Below, piece by piece: positions 7,415 through 17,054 of a DNA stretch of 31,967 nt. Positions within the stretch are counted from its first letter, which is position 1, and every line of letters starts with the position of its first letter. The notes beneath the pieces were generated by a model. The model worked only from the letters and a program-made list of their open reading frames with translations, made no database searches and was not told the origin of the DNA. Source of the stretch: a virus. Taxonomy: Duplodnaviria; Caudoviricetes. The translations under genes were made by a program, and so were the position numbers. Location: positions 1 through 31,967 of IMG/VR virus record IMGVR_UViG_3300020045_011112; one strand, written 5' to 3'.

Positions 7415-9721
7415 TTATCTATTTATCATTACTGTATACACAATACTCACACTATAAGGCACCTTAAAATCGATTTGAAAACTTGTTTTTGTGATGTTAT
7501 AGGGAATTGCCGATATGGCGTTTTTAACGTTTTCTTCGTCAGTATAAACCCCCCAGATTACAGGATCAAGTGAAAAGACATCAGTATCTAAAAACTCCTC
7601 CATGAAGGCAATTGTTTGAGGCCCTGGAGCAACTACAACGGCATTACGACGGTACTCGATGAGTGGCAGGGTGCCGCCTTTAAGTATCCGGCCAGTAACA
7701 CTATCGTATGAGTATCCTTCAGCGCCTTCAAAGTCGCCTCCTTGCTTAAATTGTAGTTGACCATCGGCCCCGCCAGGCTGAGCAACCAACCCCTGACCGG
7801 ATTGCACGCTTCCACCCTTAAGCGATCTTGATTTGAGTGATATGGTCCCTGATCCTTCGCCTGGATCTTCACTCTTAATTTCGATAAATTCACCTTCGAT
7901 TATGTTGTCACACAGATCAATCTCAACATCATTAAGTATGAGAATCATACCACCCTGATCAATGAATTTGATGGTGTTATGAAAGTCAAGAGCACCCCAA
8001 AACGAACCCCTGAATTTTTTGTTGGCTGTGTAATATTGCCACCCCCAGCTATCGGGAATATGCCCCCAAACTGAACCTGAGTGTGATACCAATGGCATAG
8101 GCGTTGAACTTCCAACCAGTGACTTTTTTACCCAGGTGCGGGATCCATGGTTACCTACCTTGATAAACCCTGTGTAATAGGGTAACAGGGCATCATCACC
8201 CAACCCATCAGAAAAGCGAATTTTGGCAGGATCCGGGATAAAGTTGGTATTGTCGCTGATTGAGACGTTAAAGGTTTGGCCATCGAGATAATTGTCACCA
8301 ATAACCGCGGCAAAACTGCCTGTTATTTTGATTTCAGTGAAGTAGAAGTAATCATCACTCCCAGCAGCATGAGCCCTGAATGGTGCATACACACGAAGAC
8401 TCAGGCTACCATTTGCCGGAATGTTTTTAATGGTCAAAGATTGAGCAACCAGCTCATCAATACTGCCGACTTTAGGAAAGTGCAGACCTGAAATAAAAGT
8501 GCCAGCACTGGTACTCCATGATTCACTACTGTCATCATAATAGGTGGTTTCAGTCTCACCTACCAGGACAATTTTAACATAACAAAAGGGCTTATAAAGC
8601 CAGGCATTATTGGTTTTACCAGTCTTTATGATCAGGCTGAGCTCGGAGGCAATTGAAGTGAGAACAGAAGGAGTCTCCACGAATAAATCAGGGTCAAAAT
8701 CTTCCCGATTATAGGTAGTTGCTGCCAGTATGTTGCCTGATAGCGCCTTCATACGGCCCCAAATTGCGCCTGGATTATCCCATCCGGATATGTTTGTGTC
8801 AGTTATAAATATAGAGTCAGGTAAGGCGTAGGAAGGTATTAAGGATGATCTAAGCCCGTAATCTACCTCGATATTACGTTCCTTCCAGCCGGATTCATAG
8901 GCGATAATCCCACCGGCCAATACGATCAAATCGTCTCCGGTTTCAATCTGAGGCGTGCAAACATCATGGCTAACATAGTCACCTAAGGCATCAAACTCAC
9001 GATAATCTACGCTGGCGTCAGCCAATTCAGAAACTCTCTGGATCCACCAGACGCCATCTGATTGTAATATCCGGCACTGAGCGCCTAAAATGTCCTCTAT
9101 TACTGTTTTACAACTCTCAGCCGTCAGATCATCATTGATCCACCGGTCCTGATTATAGAGGGCCTGATCAAAAGGATCATCAGTATCACCCATGTTCATG
9201 GTGGTTTCAAACAGATTGGATGCCACCCTGATATTGAGCGATAACCCTGTTTTTGACAGGCAATTAGCGATGATTTTAATAGCTTTTTGATAGCCCATTG
9301 GTGAAACGGCTGGATTACCGAATGAGTACGGCCGGACATCCAGCATGCCGATCTGATCATTAGCGATCAAACTGATAAATCCTATCTCGGCATAATCCTC
9401 CTGGTATTGATCCACCAATACAAATCCACTCCATTTGAGGACGCCCTGAAGCTTGATAATTACCAGGAATTTACGATCGTCATTGGTATATAGCCAGGAG
9501 AAGTTATCGCCGTCCATTATTGCGATATTTACCTCACACTCCTCACCCTTAATAATGGCATATTTGTCACCACTATTACCCATGCGGATCTTAAAGGCTG
9601 GTGATCCCAAATACACTTCAGAAGCTGCACCGGTATACAAATTCTGATGAATCTCAACGTCAAGCTGATAATCTGTACCAGTTTGAGCAACCTGCCCGTA
9701 TATGCGTTTACTGTATGCCAC
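7415..9721 (-). CDS. Tail tip/baseplate hub-like structural protein
   Basis: 768 aa, acidic, immediately downstream of the tape measure gene; contains CRILQSDGVWWI. Confidence 0.65.
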   Translation of the reverse strand: MAYSKRIYGQVAQTGTDYQLDVEIHQNLYTGAASEVYLGSPAFKIRMGNSGDKYAIIKGEECEVNIAIMDGDNFSWLYTNDDRKFLVIIKLQGVLKWSGFVLVDQYQEDYAEIGFISLIANDQIGMLDVRPYSFGNPAVSPMGYQKAIKIIANCLSKTGLSLNIRVASNLFETTMNMGDTDDPFDQALYNQDRWINDDLTAESCKTVIEDILGAQCRILQSDGVWWIQRVSELADASVDYREFDALGDYVSHDVCTPQIETGDDLIVLAGGIIAYESGWKERNIEVDYGLRSSLIPSYALPDSIFITDTNISGWDNPGAIWGRMKALSGNILAATTYNREDFDPDLFVETPSVLTSIASELSLIIKTGKTNNAWLYKPFCYVKIVLVGETETTYYDDSSESWSTSAGTFISGLHFPKVGSIDELVAQSLTIKNIPANGSLSLRVYAPFRAHAAGSDDYFYFTEIKITGSFAAVIGDNYLDGQTFNVSISDNTNFIPDPAKIRFSDGLGDDALLPYYTGFIKVGNHGSRTWVKKSLVGSSTPMPLVSHSGSVWGHIPDSWGWQYYTANKKFRGSFWGALDFHNTIKFIDQGGMILILNDVEIDLCDNIIEGEFIEIKSEDPGEGSGTISLKSRSLKGGSVQSGQGLVAQPGGADGQLQFKQGGDFEGAEGYSYDSVTGRILKGGTLPLIEYRRNAVVVAPGPQTIAFMEEFLDTDVFSLDPVIWGVYTDEENVKNAISAIPYNITKTSFQIDFKVPYSVSIVYTVMINR

Positions 9722-11810
9722 CGGTGCGAGATTGAAAGTTATTATCAGCGCGTAATGCGATCGCGATATCTCTATTTTTCAGTCGAATATCACCCGTTAC
9801 CCTTACCATTGCCGGTTGCATATTTTGACCACCAAAAATGCCCTTCAACTTGCTTAACGGTGAAATAACCTCGGGATCAGCCATTGCGTTAGGATAGTCT
9901 CCGACAATCACTGAGGTTAATCCGGTTGCCACACCTCCATTAGCCATTTTAGGCATACTCTTGAAGGTGGCAAACAAACCAATAACACTAGCAGCAGCCC
10001 CGATCATGGCAGCGATATTGGCCGGGAATGGCAATACTGCTGCACTGGCAACTGCACTACCGGCCGCCTCAGTCTGTTTGCCTGCTGTAATAGTCATGGA
10101 TGAGGCTAACTGTGAGTTAGTCAGAGCAACGATCTGAGAGATAATCTGAGGGATCTGAGACAATACCCGACCGGCAAATTCCATCCATGATCCGGTGGCT
10201 CCACCAATCGCATCTCCAATGGTGGAGAATACAGATGATATGCTTTGAGCGCTCGATGCCACCGCATCAGCGTAACGATTGTGCTTTTCAATCAAACCCT
10301 CCATAAGAAGGTTATTATCAACAATAATAGTGCTCGTTTTAACCAGGGATGGAACCGGATCGATGCCCGTTACCTTATCGGTTTTAGGCCGCGCCAACTT
10401 GGTTATTTTATTATCCCTGGAGAGATTTAACTGTGATAGCGTCATCCCTTTTTCAATACCCTTACCCATTGCCATGCCAGCGGTTACTCCAGCTGCTTCT
10501 GCCTCAGCGCCACCAATGGTGATCAGACTGATTTTTTTACGGGGGGTTAATGTGTTTTCAATGGCTTTATTAAATGCTTCGCCAGTCTTTACCCCACCAG
10601 CGTTAAACCCATTTACAAGGTCTCCAAAACCACTATCCAATGCAGATTTAACTCCTTTAAAATCGAGCGTGAAAACGGCTTTAAGGAGCTTTCCGGCGTT
10701 CTTCAAAAGGTCAATGAATCCAACCACAAGAAACTTACCAGCTTCAAATACCGCTTTTACAACCGCTCCAATACCTTCGATCACTCCACGAAAGAGCATG
10801 GATTCATTGTACAGATCAATAAAGTAATTAGCCAGGCTAACCACCCCTTTAATCCCTGCATTAACCATGTCCAGGAGTCCAGTTTTGATCTTCATGATCA
10901 TGGTTCCGGTGCCGCCAAATACACTGGCCCCAACGGTATGAAATGTTTGCTGCGCCTCGGCCCACTTCATCTGCGCTTTACCGGCATCAGTCATGGTGGC
11001 CATGACGTTATCGATATTCAGATCCATCGTGCCGAGCATCTTGATATACTCCAGGCCGGCATCTTCACCCGGACCGCCAAATATGTCAGCAATGGCGGTT
11101 CCTACCTTAGCCGTTGCTGCCGGAAACTCACCCAGTTTATTGGCTACCTGTTGCATAGCCTGGAAGATGGTAATATTGCCCTGAGCGAGATCCCTCTGCA
11201 TTTTATCAGAATCAACGCCAATACCTTTCATGGCGTCTGAGGTGGTAGAAGTCATCTCCCGGATCCGGAGCATCCCTTCTTTAATCACATCAGCCCCTTT
11301 ATCATCAAAAATGCCTTTACCGCCTGCATTCGACATGGCAGTAATCATATTGCCAGCCTCTAATCCGGCTGATTTGAACTGGGGAGCATACTCTTTTACC
11401 TGGTTCAAAAAGTCGCCATTCACGTTCGCGCTGGAGGCCAAACCCTGTTTAACCTTCTCCAGGGAATCCTCCATGTTAATGCCAAATTGCTTGGAGATCG
11501 TATTAGCGGCAAGCATTACCTCATTCACATCCTGACCAAAGGCATTACCAATGGCCTGCACGGCACCGGTTGTTTTATTCAGACTGGCTCCACTCAAACC
11601 GGTTAACCCTTCGATATTATTCTTAAGTGCTGATATCTGGGTAGCATAATCAAAAACTGCTTTACCAGCTTGTATGATCTGATCAGCAGCAAACAAAGCG
11701 CCGGCAGCGACAGCAACCTTTTTGAAGGTTGCCTGCATGCCGGACACTTTTTCTTCAGCGGCCTTTGTATCGCCGTTAAACTTGAGTATGTATTCGAAAG
11801 TCTTGCTCAT
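9708..11810 (-). CDS. Tail tape measure protein
   Basis: 700 aa, Ala/Gly-rich and helical; IFGGPGEDAG motif; C-terminal MANGG...GDYP...PEVISPL; follows the chaperone pair. Confidence 0.9.
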   Translation of the reverse strand: MSKTFEYILKFNGDTKAAEEKVSGMQATFKKVAVAAGALFAADQIIQAGKAVFDYATQISALKNNIEGLTGLSGASLNKTTGAVQAIGNAFGQDVNEVMLAANTISKQFGINMEDSLEKVKQGLASSANVNGDFLNQVKEYAPQFKSAGLEAGNMITAMSNAGGKGIFDDKGADVIKEGMLRIREMTSTTSDAMKGIGVDSDKMQRDLAQGNITIFQAMQQVANKLGEFPAATAKVGTAIADIFGGPGEDAGLEYIKMLGTMDLNIDNVMATMTDAGKAQMKWAEAQQTFHTVGASVFGGTGTMIMKIKTGLLDMVNAGIKGVVSLANYFIDLYNESMLFRGVIEGIGAVVKAVFEAGKFLVVGFIDLLKNAGKLLKAVFTLDFKGVKSALDSGFGDLVNGFNAGGVKTGEAFNKAIENTLTPRKKISLITIGGAEAEAAGVTAGMAMGKGIEKGMTLSQLNLSRDNKITKLARPKTDKVTGIDPVPSLVKTSTIIVDNNLLMEGLIEKHNRYADAVASSAQSISSVFSTIGDAIGGATGSWMEFAGRVLSQIPQIISQIVALTNSQLASSMTITAGKQTEAAGSAVASAAVLPFPANIAAMIGAAASVIGLFATFKSMPKMANGGVATGLTSVIVGDYPNAMADPEVISPLSKLKGIFGGQNMQPAMVRVTGDIRLKNRDIAIALRADNNFQSRTGGIQ

Positions 11811-12136
11811 TGTAACCGTTTTACCAGTGCTCTAAATCGCTCTTCAGTGGAGCGTGTTTGCTCTCTTACCACTTTTTCTTCAGGGAACTCCAGGAGATCA
11901 GTTAAACTGATCTGTTTTTTGTTTGGCGGGCAGAGTGTACGCCAAACCTGCCATCTTGCAACCTCAAATTTTAGCCGGTAATCAGCCTCCATTTGCTCAC
12001 CTGTAGTTTTGCAATAGTGTTCATACAGGTCGTTAAATTCAGCTGGGGTAAGGCACAAGAAATCAGAACGACTGATCCGTAAATCGATCAGCGCTATGCT
12101 TTGGCACTGCCTGATGCTGAGCTCCCGGCCTTGGGC
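11807..12136 (-). CDS. Tail assembly chaperone, -1 frameshift extension (gpGT-like C-terminal part)
   Basis: The -1 frame is open from the slippery site and continuous with the ORF 11807..12058 (…FLCLTPAEF…). Confidence 0.8.
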   Translation of the reverse strand, partial: AQGRELSIRQCQSIALIDLRISRSDFLCLTPAEFNDLYEHYCKTTGEQMEADYRLKFEVARWQVWRTLCPPNKKQISLTDLLEFPEEKVVREQTRSTEERFRALVKRLQ

Positions 12137-12414
12137 TTTTTTTCGTCGGGCTGCACATCATTGAGTTCACCCATTTTCTTGATCAGATCAGGGTCCACCT
12201 GGTTCAGGAACTCCTCAAAAGACATATCAAAAGCCCTGTTTTCGCGATTACAAGCGCCTTTAACGATGCAAAATCCAGCAAAGCACAACGACCTTACTGA
12301 TTCTGCATTGATGGCTGCTTTTGCATGTTCGCTCTCATCCAGGAGTACACTGCTCATCATCGTGCGGAAAAAAGGATACTCTTTTCCACCGATATTAATG
12401 GTGTTTTTAGCCAT
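12094..12414 (-). CDS. Tail assembly chaperone (gpG-like)
   Basis: Lies between tail tube and tape measure genes; slippery heptamer near its 3' end. Confidence 0.85.
   Translation of the reverse strand: MAKNTINIGGKEYPFFRTMMSSVLLDESEHAKAAINAESVRSLCFAGFCIVKGACNRENRAFDMSFEEFLNQVDPDLIKKMGELNDVQPDEKKPKAGSSASGSAKA
12136..12142 (-). promoter_or_regulatory. Programmed -1 ribosomal frameshift site A AAA AAG
   Basis: GAA AAA AAG in the correct phase; the -1 frame reads AQGRELSIRQCQSIALIDLRISRSDFLCLTP with no stop. Confidence 0.85.
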
Positions 12415-12415
12415 C

Positions 12416-12898
12416 TTAAGCGCCTCCGGCTACCGTTTTGATCTCTGTTGCGCCATCGATAGTGATCTCCACGGAAAAGGTTGAGTTATTGTCGTGTGGA
12501 TCATCCTTGCTAAGTGAAGCAATGTATCCGTAACCTTCCTCATATTTGTCACCAACTGCCTCCAATACCTCAACATATCCGGTATCGCCTGTTGGCCGGC
12601 CAGAGATCTTAAACTGGATGCGACTGAAACTGTCGCGAAGACCTTTCAGAGTATAGTAATTAGCCCCGTCGTAGGTTGCTAACCCTGATACAGAGAGTGA
12701 GCTGAGACCGTGTTTACCAGGGCGCACGTTTGTATTTTTTCCGGCCGTTTTTGAAGCAATTTCCCTCATGGAGGTTGGGTGCTTAATGCCGTTACTGGTA
12801 GCATGTGCAATGGGGGTCCAAACCGGAACCAATACGGTCCCCGAGTTGTACGACAAAATCATGTCGTTTCCGTGAATAGTACCTGCGTTTGCTGTCAT
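12416..12898 (-). CDS. Major tail (tube) protein
   Basis: 160 aa; IAHATS, YEEGYGYIASLS and STFSVEITIDG pattern typical of siphovirus tubes; position in the tail module. Confidence 0.85.
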   Translation of the reverse strand: MTANAGTIHGNDMILSYNSGTVLVPVWTPIAHATSNGIKHPTSMREIASKTAGKNTNVRPGKHGLSSLSVSGLATYDGANYYTLKGLRDSFSRIQFKISGRPTGDTGYVEVLEAVGDKYEEGYGYIASLSKDDPHDNNSTFSVEITIDGATEIKTVAGGA

Positions 12899-12910
12899 TT
12901 CATTTTGATT

Positions 12911-12947
12911 TTAAAAAGGGGTCCCAAATCAGATCCGGGACCCCTTT
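12911..12947 (-). terminator. Rho-independent terminator-like hairpin
   Basis: AAAGGGGTCCC (12915-12925) pairs with GGGACCCCTTT (12937-12947); T-run follows on the minus strand. Confidence 0.7.
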
Positions 12948-12967
12948 AGGTTATTGTTTAATGTTCG

Positions 12968-13414
12968 CTATTTTTTCTGCTGTGATTTGACCAATGGAAC
13001 GATAACCCCTCCCCCGGTTTTTCGGTTAGGGAATATCAGGTTGATGATCTTGGTAATCCAACTGATTATACTATTGTCAATGGTAGTGGGCGTAAGTCGG
13101 GCAATGATCTCCCAGAACGCCAGCAGACCAAACAATAACTCCAGCCAATTGCTTTTAATAAAGTCGAAAAAGCCAGGGGTTTCAGCTGGGTCAGTAACAT
13201 CGGTTTGAGGCAATGAGATACCGGGAGACTCTGAGATAACATAGGTTGAAACCTCAGAAGTTGCTGAATTATCAGCCAAAAGGATCGGGGCAACATCGCT
13301 TGTAGTCATAACGATGGGCGGACCTTCAGTGTCGTTTGCCGACACATAGGAGGGTTGAAACATAACCAGGACAACTACAACCAGAAAAGACAAAAGAAAA
13401 CTCACTTTTTTCAT
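12968..13414 (-). CDS. Membrane protein next to the endolysin (holin/lysis-accessory candidate)
   Basis: N-terminal signal-like segment, acidic Ser/Thr/Pro linker, and C-terminal hydrophobic segment WLELLFGLLAFWEIIARLTPT. Confidence 0.6.
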   Translation of the reverse strand: MKKVSFLLSFLVVVVLVMFQPSYVSANDTEGPPIVMTTSDVAPILLADNSATSEVSTYVISESPGISLPQTDVTDPAETPGFFDFIKSNWLELLFGLLAFWEIIARLTPTTIDNSIISWITKIINLIFPNRKTGGGVIVPLVKSQQKK

Positions 13415-13453
13415 GATAAATAGAATTAATAAATACTGTGAATAACTGTGATA

Positions 13454-13936
13454 TCAAGGTTTGTAAATGTTTTTTGGCGCAATGCCATTAGCCTTAAGGA
13501 AGCGCGATACATTGAATGACGGGCAGGCTTTACCCGGATTCAAATCATGATGTGCGGCTACTTTGATGCCTGGATACTGCTTGATCATTCGCACGCAATA
13601 AGACAGGATAGCAGCCATTTGGGCCTGTGTGCGCGTGTCAGTTGGCACTCTGTTCTTAGAAGCTCCACCAACATAAACCACATGCCTGGAGACTGAGTTA
13701 AACCCGGTTGCTCCATTGGTGATCTCCCATGGATCCACCTCATCATCCTGATCATAAGGGACCAGGTTTTCAATGGATCCATCCAGGTGAATCATATCGC
13801 TATACCCAACCTGTTTCCATCCACGACCATCAGGCGGGGCATCGGTATGCCAGTGCCGGATGTCTTCAGAAGAAACCTCCCGACCCTCGGGAGTATCCGT
13901 GCAGTGAATTACGAGCAGGGTGAGTTTTTTGGACAT
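13454..13936 (-). CDS. Endolysin, N-acetylmuramoyl-L-alanine amidase (T7-lysozyme/Amidase_2-like)
   Basis: LVIHCT, GWKQVGY, YVGG, AHHDL and KACPSF zinc-amidase motifs. Confidence 0.93.
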   Translation of the reverse strand: MSKKLTLLVIHCTDTPEGREVSSEDIRHWHTDAPPDGRGWKQVGYSDMIHLDGSIENLVPYDQDDEVDPWEITNGATGFNSVSRHVVYVGGASKNRVPTDTRTQAQMAAILSYCVRMIKQYPGIKVAAHHDLNPGKACPSFNVSRFLKANGIAPKNIYKP

Positions 13937-13964
13937 GGTTTAGTTTGGTTTGGTCAAGCTTCAA

Positions 13965-13993
13965 AGGGCCTCCGGACTAAGCCGGAGTACCCT
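13965..13993 (-). terminator. Stem-loop after the capsid gene (possible terminator or mRNA stabiliser)
   Basis: CTCCGG-6nt-CCGGAG (13970-13987) flanked by AGGG/CCCT; weak T-tail. Confidence 0.4.
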
Positions 13994-14024
13994 AAGAACC
14001 TTGCTTCCATTATCAACATTATGC

Positions 14025-14957
14025 TTATACTACTTCGACAATTGCTGCGGTTCCGATACCATCGGCGCGGCAAATTTCAGCTCCAAAACGCACGGATGCG
14101 TTGATGATCGTACCCATGTACTCAGGACGGTCGGCACTGATGTAAGCTTTTGGGAAAGCTTCAGCATGGCAAACTAAACCTGAATGCCAGAACAGGTTAG
14201 CCGGGCGGTCGGTAGCGGCAGTATCGATGGTGCGGACCTTACCGTTTGCGGCGGTATACCAGGCACCAATATGGCCCTTACTGTAGGCCGAGCGAACCAT
14301 GATGTTAAATCCGAGGATCTTACCTAAAATGCCCAATTCCAATTTTGAGGCATTACCGGTTTTGTCGTAGTCTGAAAACTCGGCAATAGCCAGCAAGTCA
14401 TTATAAGCATCAGGGGTCAAAAGGGCGTACAATTCGCCTGGAACTTCCAGTGCGTTAGCCTTCATCAGTTTGGCTTTTACAGCCAACAGATCGGCCTTGG
14501 TGAGCGCCTTACGGTTACCGGTGAGTCCGGTTTGATTAGTCGCCCTGGCAGCACCCGTGGAAACCACGATATTAGCACTGGCCGAAGCCGGTAACCACTG
14601 ATAAGCAGCGTAAGTACCTGCCTTAGACGACAACGTAGCGGCCTGCTGTTTTTGCTTTGCAGTCCGTTTGTCATAATTGGTAGTGATCTCATTCTCATCC
14701 GTGATCACGATCGGAGAGCAATATAATTGCTTCATGGTACCGGTTACCTTGGTGTCTTCAGACACGACAACCTTCAGGGGCAATGTGGTAGGCTTACCTT
14801 CCGAGGCATCATCGATGTCGGAGAGGTTAGGAATCTCGAAGGTATCGGCGTCGGCGGCGATACCGGTTTCAGCGATCGAATTTTTGTAGAAATCCGATTT
14901 CGGAAAGAGCTGCTCCTGGAGCTGCTGACTGTACCGTACGTTTATCTGTTCTGCCAT
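14025..14957 (-). CDS. Major capsid protein
   Basis: 310 aa, downstream of protease/scaffold; LLTPDAYNDLL and GILGKILGFNIM resemble HK97-fold capsid motifs. Confidence 0.8.
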   Translation of the reverse strand: MAEQINVRYSQQLQEQLFPKSDFYKNSIAETGIAADADTFEIPNLSDIDDASEGKPTTLPLKVVVSEDTKVTGTMKQLYCSPIVITDENEITTNYDKRTAKQKQQAATLSSKAGTYAAYQWLPASASANIVVSTGAARATNQTGLTGNRKALTKADLLAVKAKLMKANALEVPGELYALLTPDAYNDLLAIAEFSDYDKTGNASKLELGILGKILGFNIMVRSAYSKGHIGAWYTAANGKVRTIDTAATDRPANLFWHSGLVCHAEAFPKAYISADRPEYMGTIINASVRFGAEICRADGIGTAAIVEVV

Positions 14958-14984
14958 TTGATTGATAGCTTGTTAGTGACTGGA

Positions 14985-15326
14985 TTAGTCGAGCTGTACC
15001 TCAGCGCCCATCTGGACGAAATTGGTACCGTCGTACATCAAACTGACCGTTTTGGTCTTACCGGCAACACCGGTGCTTACAGGAGCCGTGCAACCGGTTC
15101 CAAAGGTTAAGGTCTCCACGGCGTTGGATTTCGACTTAACGAAAATCATTGCGCCGGCTTTTACACCCCCTCCGATCGTGAGATTCAGCGTACGGTTCCC
15201 GGTTGCCTGGGTGGTAACGCCATCAATGATCGTGAGTTCGTTGTTGATTGTAACGGCCTGGGCACCAGTTGCGCTTAACGAAGCGGTTCCAGCTGCGCCA
15301 AAAGGCCATTTAATTACTTCTGCCAT
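14985..15326 (-). CDS. Putative head decoration/auxiliary capsid protein
   Basis: 113 aa, Gly/Thr-rich beta protein between protease and capsid genes. Confidence 0.55.
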   Translation of the reverse strand: MAEVIKWPFGAAGTASLSATGAQAVTINNELTIIDGVTTQATGNRTLNLTIGGGVKAGAMIFVKSKSNAVETLTFGTGCTAPVSTGVAGKTKTVSLMYDGTNFVQMGAEVQLD

Positions 15327-15351
15327 TGGTTATCTGTTTTTGAGTTAATGA

Positions 15352-16434
15352 CTACTTAGCATCTTCACCCCAATACTCCTTGAATGCGGCGGAATATTCA
15401 GCTGGTTTTTCCTGTTTCCAGGCAGCCAAAGCCTGAGGGCCTTTTTTCTCCATTTCGGCAAACAGGTCTTTTCCAACCTTAGCCACAGGAGCACCACCAG
15501 CAGCGGCCAACTTAGCCACTACCTCAGAGAGTCTGATTTGGTCCTTGGGATCCACCCCGGCAACAGGAGCCTTTTCCGGAGCGTTGACCTGAAAGAGGTC
15601 CAAAAAGAGATTAAGATCAGTACCGGCCAGCTTTTTCATGGACGGTTCGGTAGCATCGGTGATAGTCCCGAGCGTTTTGCCGACAGCGATCAGCTTATCG
15701 ACCACCAGACCGATTTTAGTATCGGATGCCTGGAGTTTTTCAACTGCTGCAACAACCGTGGATTCATCGGCTGTCTCAGGCAATTTGAGGGCTGCAATAA
15801 CTTTTTTCATATCTGCTATATCAATTTTAGTGTGCTCATTTTGAAGGGCTGCAACCAGCCGTTTAGGATCAAGCGAGGCCATTTCAACCTTCCGGCCAGT
15901 GGTGATAATCCGATCCACCAATTTTGCAGCGAGCGCCTGATCAGCGTTGAACCAGGTGTCCTCAATCATCATTTTTCTGACCGTTGCTTCTGGGATCCCG
16001 CGCTTAGTTAAGAGTTGAACCATGCTATTTTTCAGATTCGTAAGCACGATCTGATCTTTGGGAGAGAGATTCTGAATCCGTTCGTCATTATCATCCTGAT
16101 AGTAGGGTGAGTGGATCATGATCAGGCCAAAATCATTGATCGTTACCTCATCGGCACCGGCAACAAACAAGGCTGCAATCGAAGCAGCTACCCCGTCGAC
16201 CTGAACAACAATACGGGCCGGACTAGCCATCATGGTAGCCAGGATACCAAACCCATCGGTAACACATCCACCGTTTGAGTTAACCCGGATACAGACCTCC
16301 TGATAGTTCTTGCAGAGCCAATCCAGTTCCCGGGCAAACATGCCCCCGTCGATCTCCTCTCCGAGCAACCCGTAAAAGAGCATCTCCACCCGATTGGTTT
16401 CCTGAGCAACTATTTTTGAGTATTTGAGATCCAT
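15352..16434 (-). CDS. ClpP-like prohead protease with C-terminal scaffold region (start MDLKYSK)
   Basis: RVNSNGG, DGVAASIAA, IMIHSP and TWFNADQA are S14/ClpP motifs. Confidence 0.9.
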   Translation of the reverse strand: MDLKYSKIVAQETNRVEMLFYGLLGEEIDGGMFARELDWLCKNYQEVCIRVNSNGGCVTDGFGILATMMASPARIVVQVDGVAASIAALFVAGADEVTINDFGLIMIHSPYYQDDNDERIQNLSPKDQIVLTNLKNSMVQLLTKRGIPEATVRKMMIEDTWFNADQALAAKLVDRIITTGRKVEMASLDPKRLVAALQNEHTKIDIADMKKVIAALKLPETADESTVVAAVEKLQASDTKIGLVVDKLIAVGKTLGTITDATEPSMKKLAGTDLNLFLDLFQVNAPEKAPVAGVDPKDQIRLSEVVAKLAAAGGAPVAKVGKDLFAEMEKKGPQALAAWKQEKPAEYSAAFKEYWGEDAK

Positions 16435-16592
16435 GCCCTGAAAATTTGTTTTTGTCGATTTGATGATCCAAATTTGCAGGATCAAAACCACGTAACCAAT
16501 TAATATATATACCGTTAGAAGATTCTGGTTAAGCCTTTAGTAGTTCCTTTTGATTGGTCGGCAGATGATTGACATTTGAGGCAAAAAGGAAC

Positions 16593-17054
16593 ATGCTTGA
16601 AAGAAAAGAAGCCGCATTTATTTTGTACCGCGAAGGAATGTCGGGTACCGAAATAGCCTCCATGCTCAAGGTTTCCGAGAAAACAGTCTCCACCTGGAAG
16701 ACCGCCGGCGACTGGGATAAAAAGCGCTGTCACTTTGAAATGCACCAGCAAACCGCATCAGATCAGGTGTGGAAATTGATTCAGTATCAACTCGTCAGGC
16801 TCAACAGGCTCACAGAGTTGTATGAAAAAGAGGAAGCAAATGACCCAACCTCGATCAAACTGATCTCCAAAGGTGATATCGATGCCCTTCAGAAACTCTT
16901 TACCACGGTCCGGAAAAAAGAAACTGAGTGGAGCGACCTGGTACGCATCCTACGCGACTACATGGCATGGCTTCGCCTGGAAGATCAAGAACTGGCTAAA
17001 AGCAACGTTGTCCCTATTGAGCGGTATCTTAACGAACAGCGGAGAAACGCGTAA
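16593..17054 (+). CDS. HTH protein, putative terminase small subunit
   Basis: GMSGTEIASMLKVSEKTVSTWK HTH; TAATG-coupled to the large terminase gene. Confidence 0.75.
   Translation: MLERKEAAFILYREGMSGTEIASMLKVSEKTVSTWKTAGDWDKKRCHFEMHQQTASDQVWKLIQYQLVRLNRLTELYEKEEANDPTSIKLISKGDIDALQKLFTTVRKKETEWSDLVRILRDYMAWLRLEDQELAKSNVVPIERYLNEQRRNA

Noticed and set aside
10245-12484. Multiple plus-strand ORFs antisense to the tape measure and chaperone genes (and similar antisense ORFs elsewhere)
   Set aside because: Fully nested opposite well-supported genes, with no recognisable motifs.
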